From Dehalococcoidales bacterium (GTDB lineage: Bacteria > Chloroflexota > Dehalococcoidia > Dehalococcoidales > BS750m-G39): a DNA stretch of 64,000 nucleotides. Positions 63,233 to 64,000 of this stretch are shown here, in pieces (position 1 is the stretch's first letter; every line of letters begins with the position of its first letter). The stretch spans positions 802-64,801 of the forward strand of contig DAOULR010000007.1 in assembly GCA_034419075.1 (NCBI GenBank). Direction: 5' to 3'. Below the pieces are notes generated by a model. It was not told the origin of the DNA. It searched no databases and saw only the letters and a program-made list of their open reading frames with translations. The position numbers and the translations under genes are program-made.

Positions 63233-64000
63233 CTAGCCAGTGAATCCGGCCTGGGGCAGTACCTTCTTCAGGGAAGACAGCAGTCCCTTGATATCGTTAT
63301 CGTTTACCCAGCCCAGGTGGCCAATGCGGAATATCTTGCCGTCCAGTGTCCGCTGTCCGCCGGCCAATACGACGTGTTCCTGTTCCCGCATAATCTTGAC
63401 CAGCTTCTTGGTATCCAGCCCATTGGTCTTGGCTACCGAGGTGACGGTGTTGGAAGCATGTTTAGGATCGGCGAAGAGGGATAAGCCCAACGCCTTGATA
63501 CCGTCGCGGACGGACTGGGCGATGTGAGCGTGGCGGGCAATAATATTGGGCAGGCCCTCCTTGAGCATCATCTTGAGCGATACTTCAAGGCCGTAGATAA
63601 CGCTAATGGCGGGCGTCCAGGGCGTCTCGCCCTTGGCCAGATAGTCCTTGGCCTTGCCGAAGTCCCAGTAGAAGCTGGGTATCTTAGACTCAGCGTGTGC
63701 CTTCCAGCCCTTCTCGCTGACGCTGACCATAGCTAATCCAGGCGGCACCATCCAGCCCTTCTGCGAGCCGGTGATGGCGATATCTATATTCCAATCGTCT
63801 ACGGGCAGCTCGATGGAGCCCAGAGAACTGATGGCATCGACGATTAAAAGCTTGTCGAACTCCTTGACCACGGCGCTTATTGCCTTGAGGTCGTTGGTGA
63901 CTCCGGTTGAAGTCTCATTATGCGTTACCAGCACCGTCTTAATCTTGGGGTCGGCGTTCAGCGCCTTGCGTATGGCGTCGGGGTCGGCAGCCTTGCCCCA
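63233..64000 (-). CDS. Class V aminotransferase (serine-glyoxylate/phosphoserine aminotransferase-like), N-terminus beyond window
   Basis: The frame stays open to base 64000. VTHNETSTGV and PLP-lysine context TGSQKG. Lies 9 nt upstream of serA. Confidence 0.85.
   Translation of the reverse strand, partial: WGKAADPDAIRKALNADPKIKTVLVTHNETSTGVTNDLKAISAVVKEFDKLLIVDAISSLGSIELPVDDWNIDIAITGSQKGWMVPPGLAMVSVSEKGWKAHAESKIPSFYWDFGKAKDYLAKGETPWTPAISVIYGLEVSLKMMLKEGLPNIIARHAHIAQSVRDGIKALGLSLFADPKHASNTVTSVAKTNGLDTKKLVKIMREQEHVVLAGGQRTLDGKIFRIGHLGWVNDNDIKGLLSSLKKVLPQAGFTG

Overview
This 64-kb window is a densely coded bacterial chromosome segment. Bacterial hallmarks are sigma-70 RpoD, DnaG primase, NAD-dependent LigA and an F1Fo ATPase. 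GC is roughly 55-60% by eye. A Chloroflexota/Dehalococcoidia-like origin is only a low-confidence guess from gene content.

I support about 66 CDS and one tRNA-Ser(UGA). I found no rRNA, CRISPR array, transposase, integrase or prophage genes.

Core content:
- DNA replication and repair: uvrA, sbcC, dnaG-rpoD, nfi, radC, recO, recR-ybaB-dnaX, ligA.
- Translation: ffh, rpsP, prfB (with the classical CTT TGA C +1 frameshift), serS, lysS, pth.
- Central metabolism: ppsA, eno, gap, serA.
- A complete F1Fo ATP synthase operon.

Observations most worth follow-up:
1. A CetZ/tubulin-like FtsZ-superfamily GTPase on its own promoter and terminator (48545..49717).
2. A six-gene operon, TIGR00725-eno-tcmP-TM-HAD-gap. 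In it an orphan TcmP-like DPPGY methyltransferase-fold protein, an AT-rich membrane ORFan and a lone 2-hydroxyacyl-CoA-dehydratase-family subunit sit between two glycolysis genes.
3. Three extra ORFs inside the ATP synthase operon: a 36-aa TM peptide, a DUF3795 Cys-rich protein and a 91-aa winged-helix-like protein.
4. An intergenic repeat family (at least 4 copies). Its conserved core is a canonical G-quadruplex/i-motif sequence overlapping a hairpin. The G-rich strand always lies in the sense of the flanking minus-strand genes.
5. A 33-bp duplication of the recO 5' end bracketing a half-size TSUP gene, next to an AT-rich ORFan with a PD-(D/E)xK-like motif.
6. A membrane-anchored protein with 16 consecutive GxxxG repeats.

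All functional calls rest on motif reading by eye. No database search was run.
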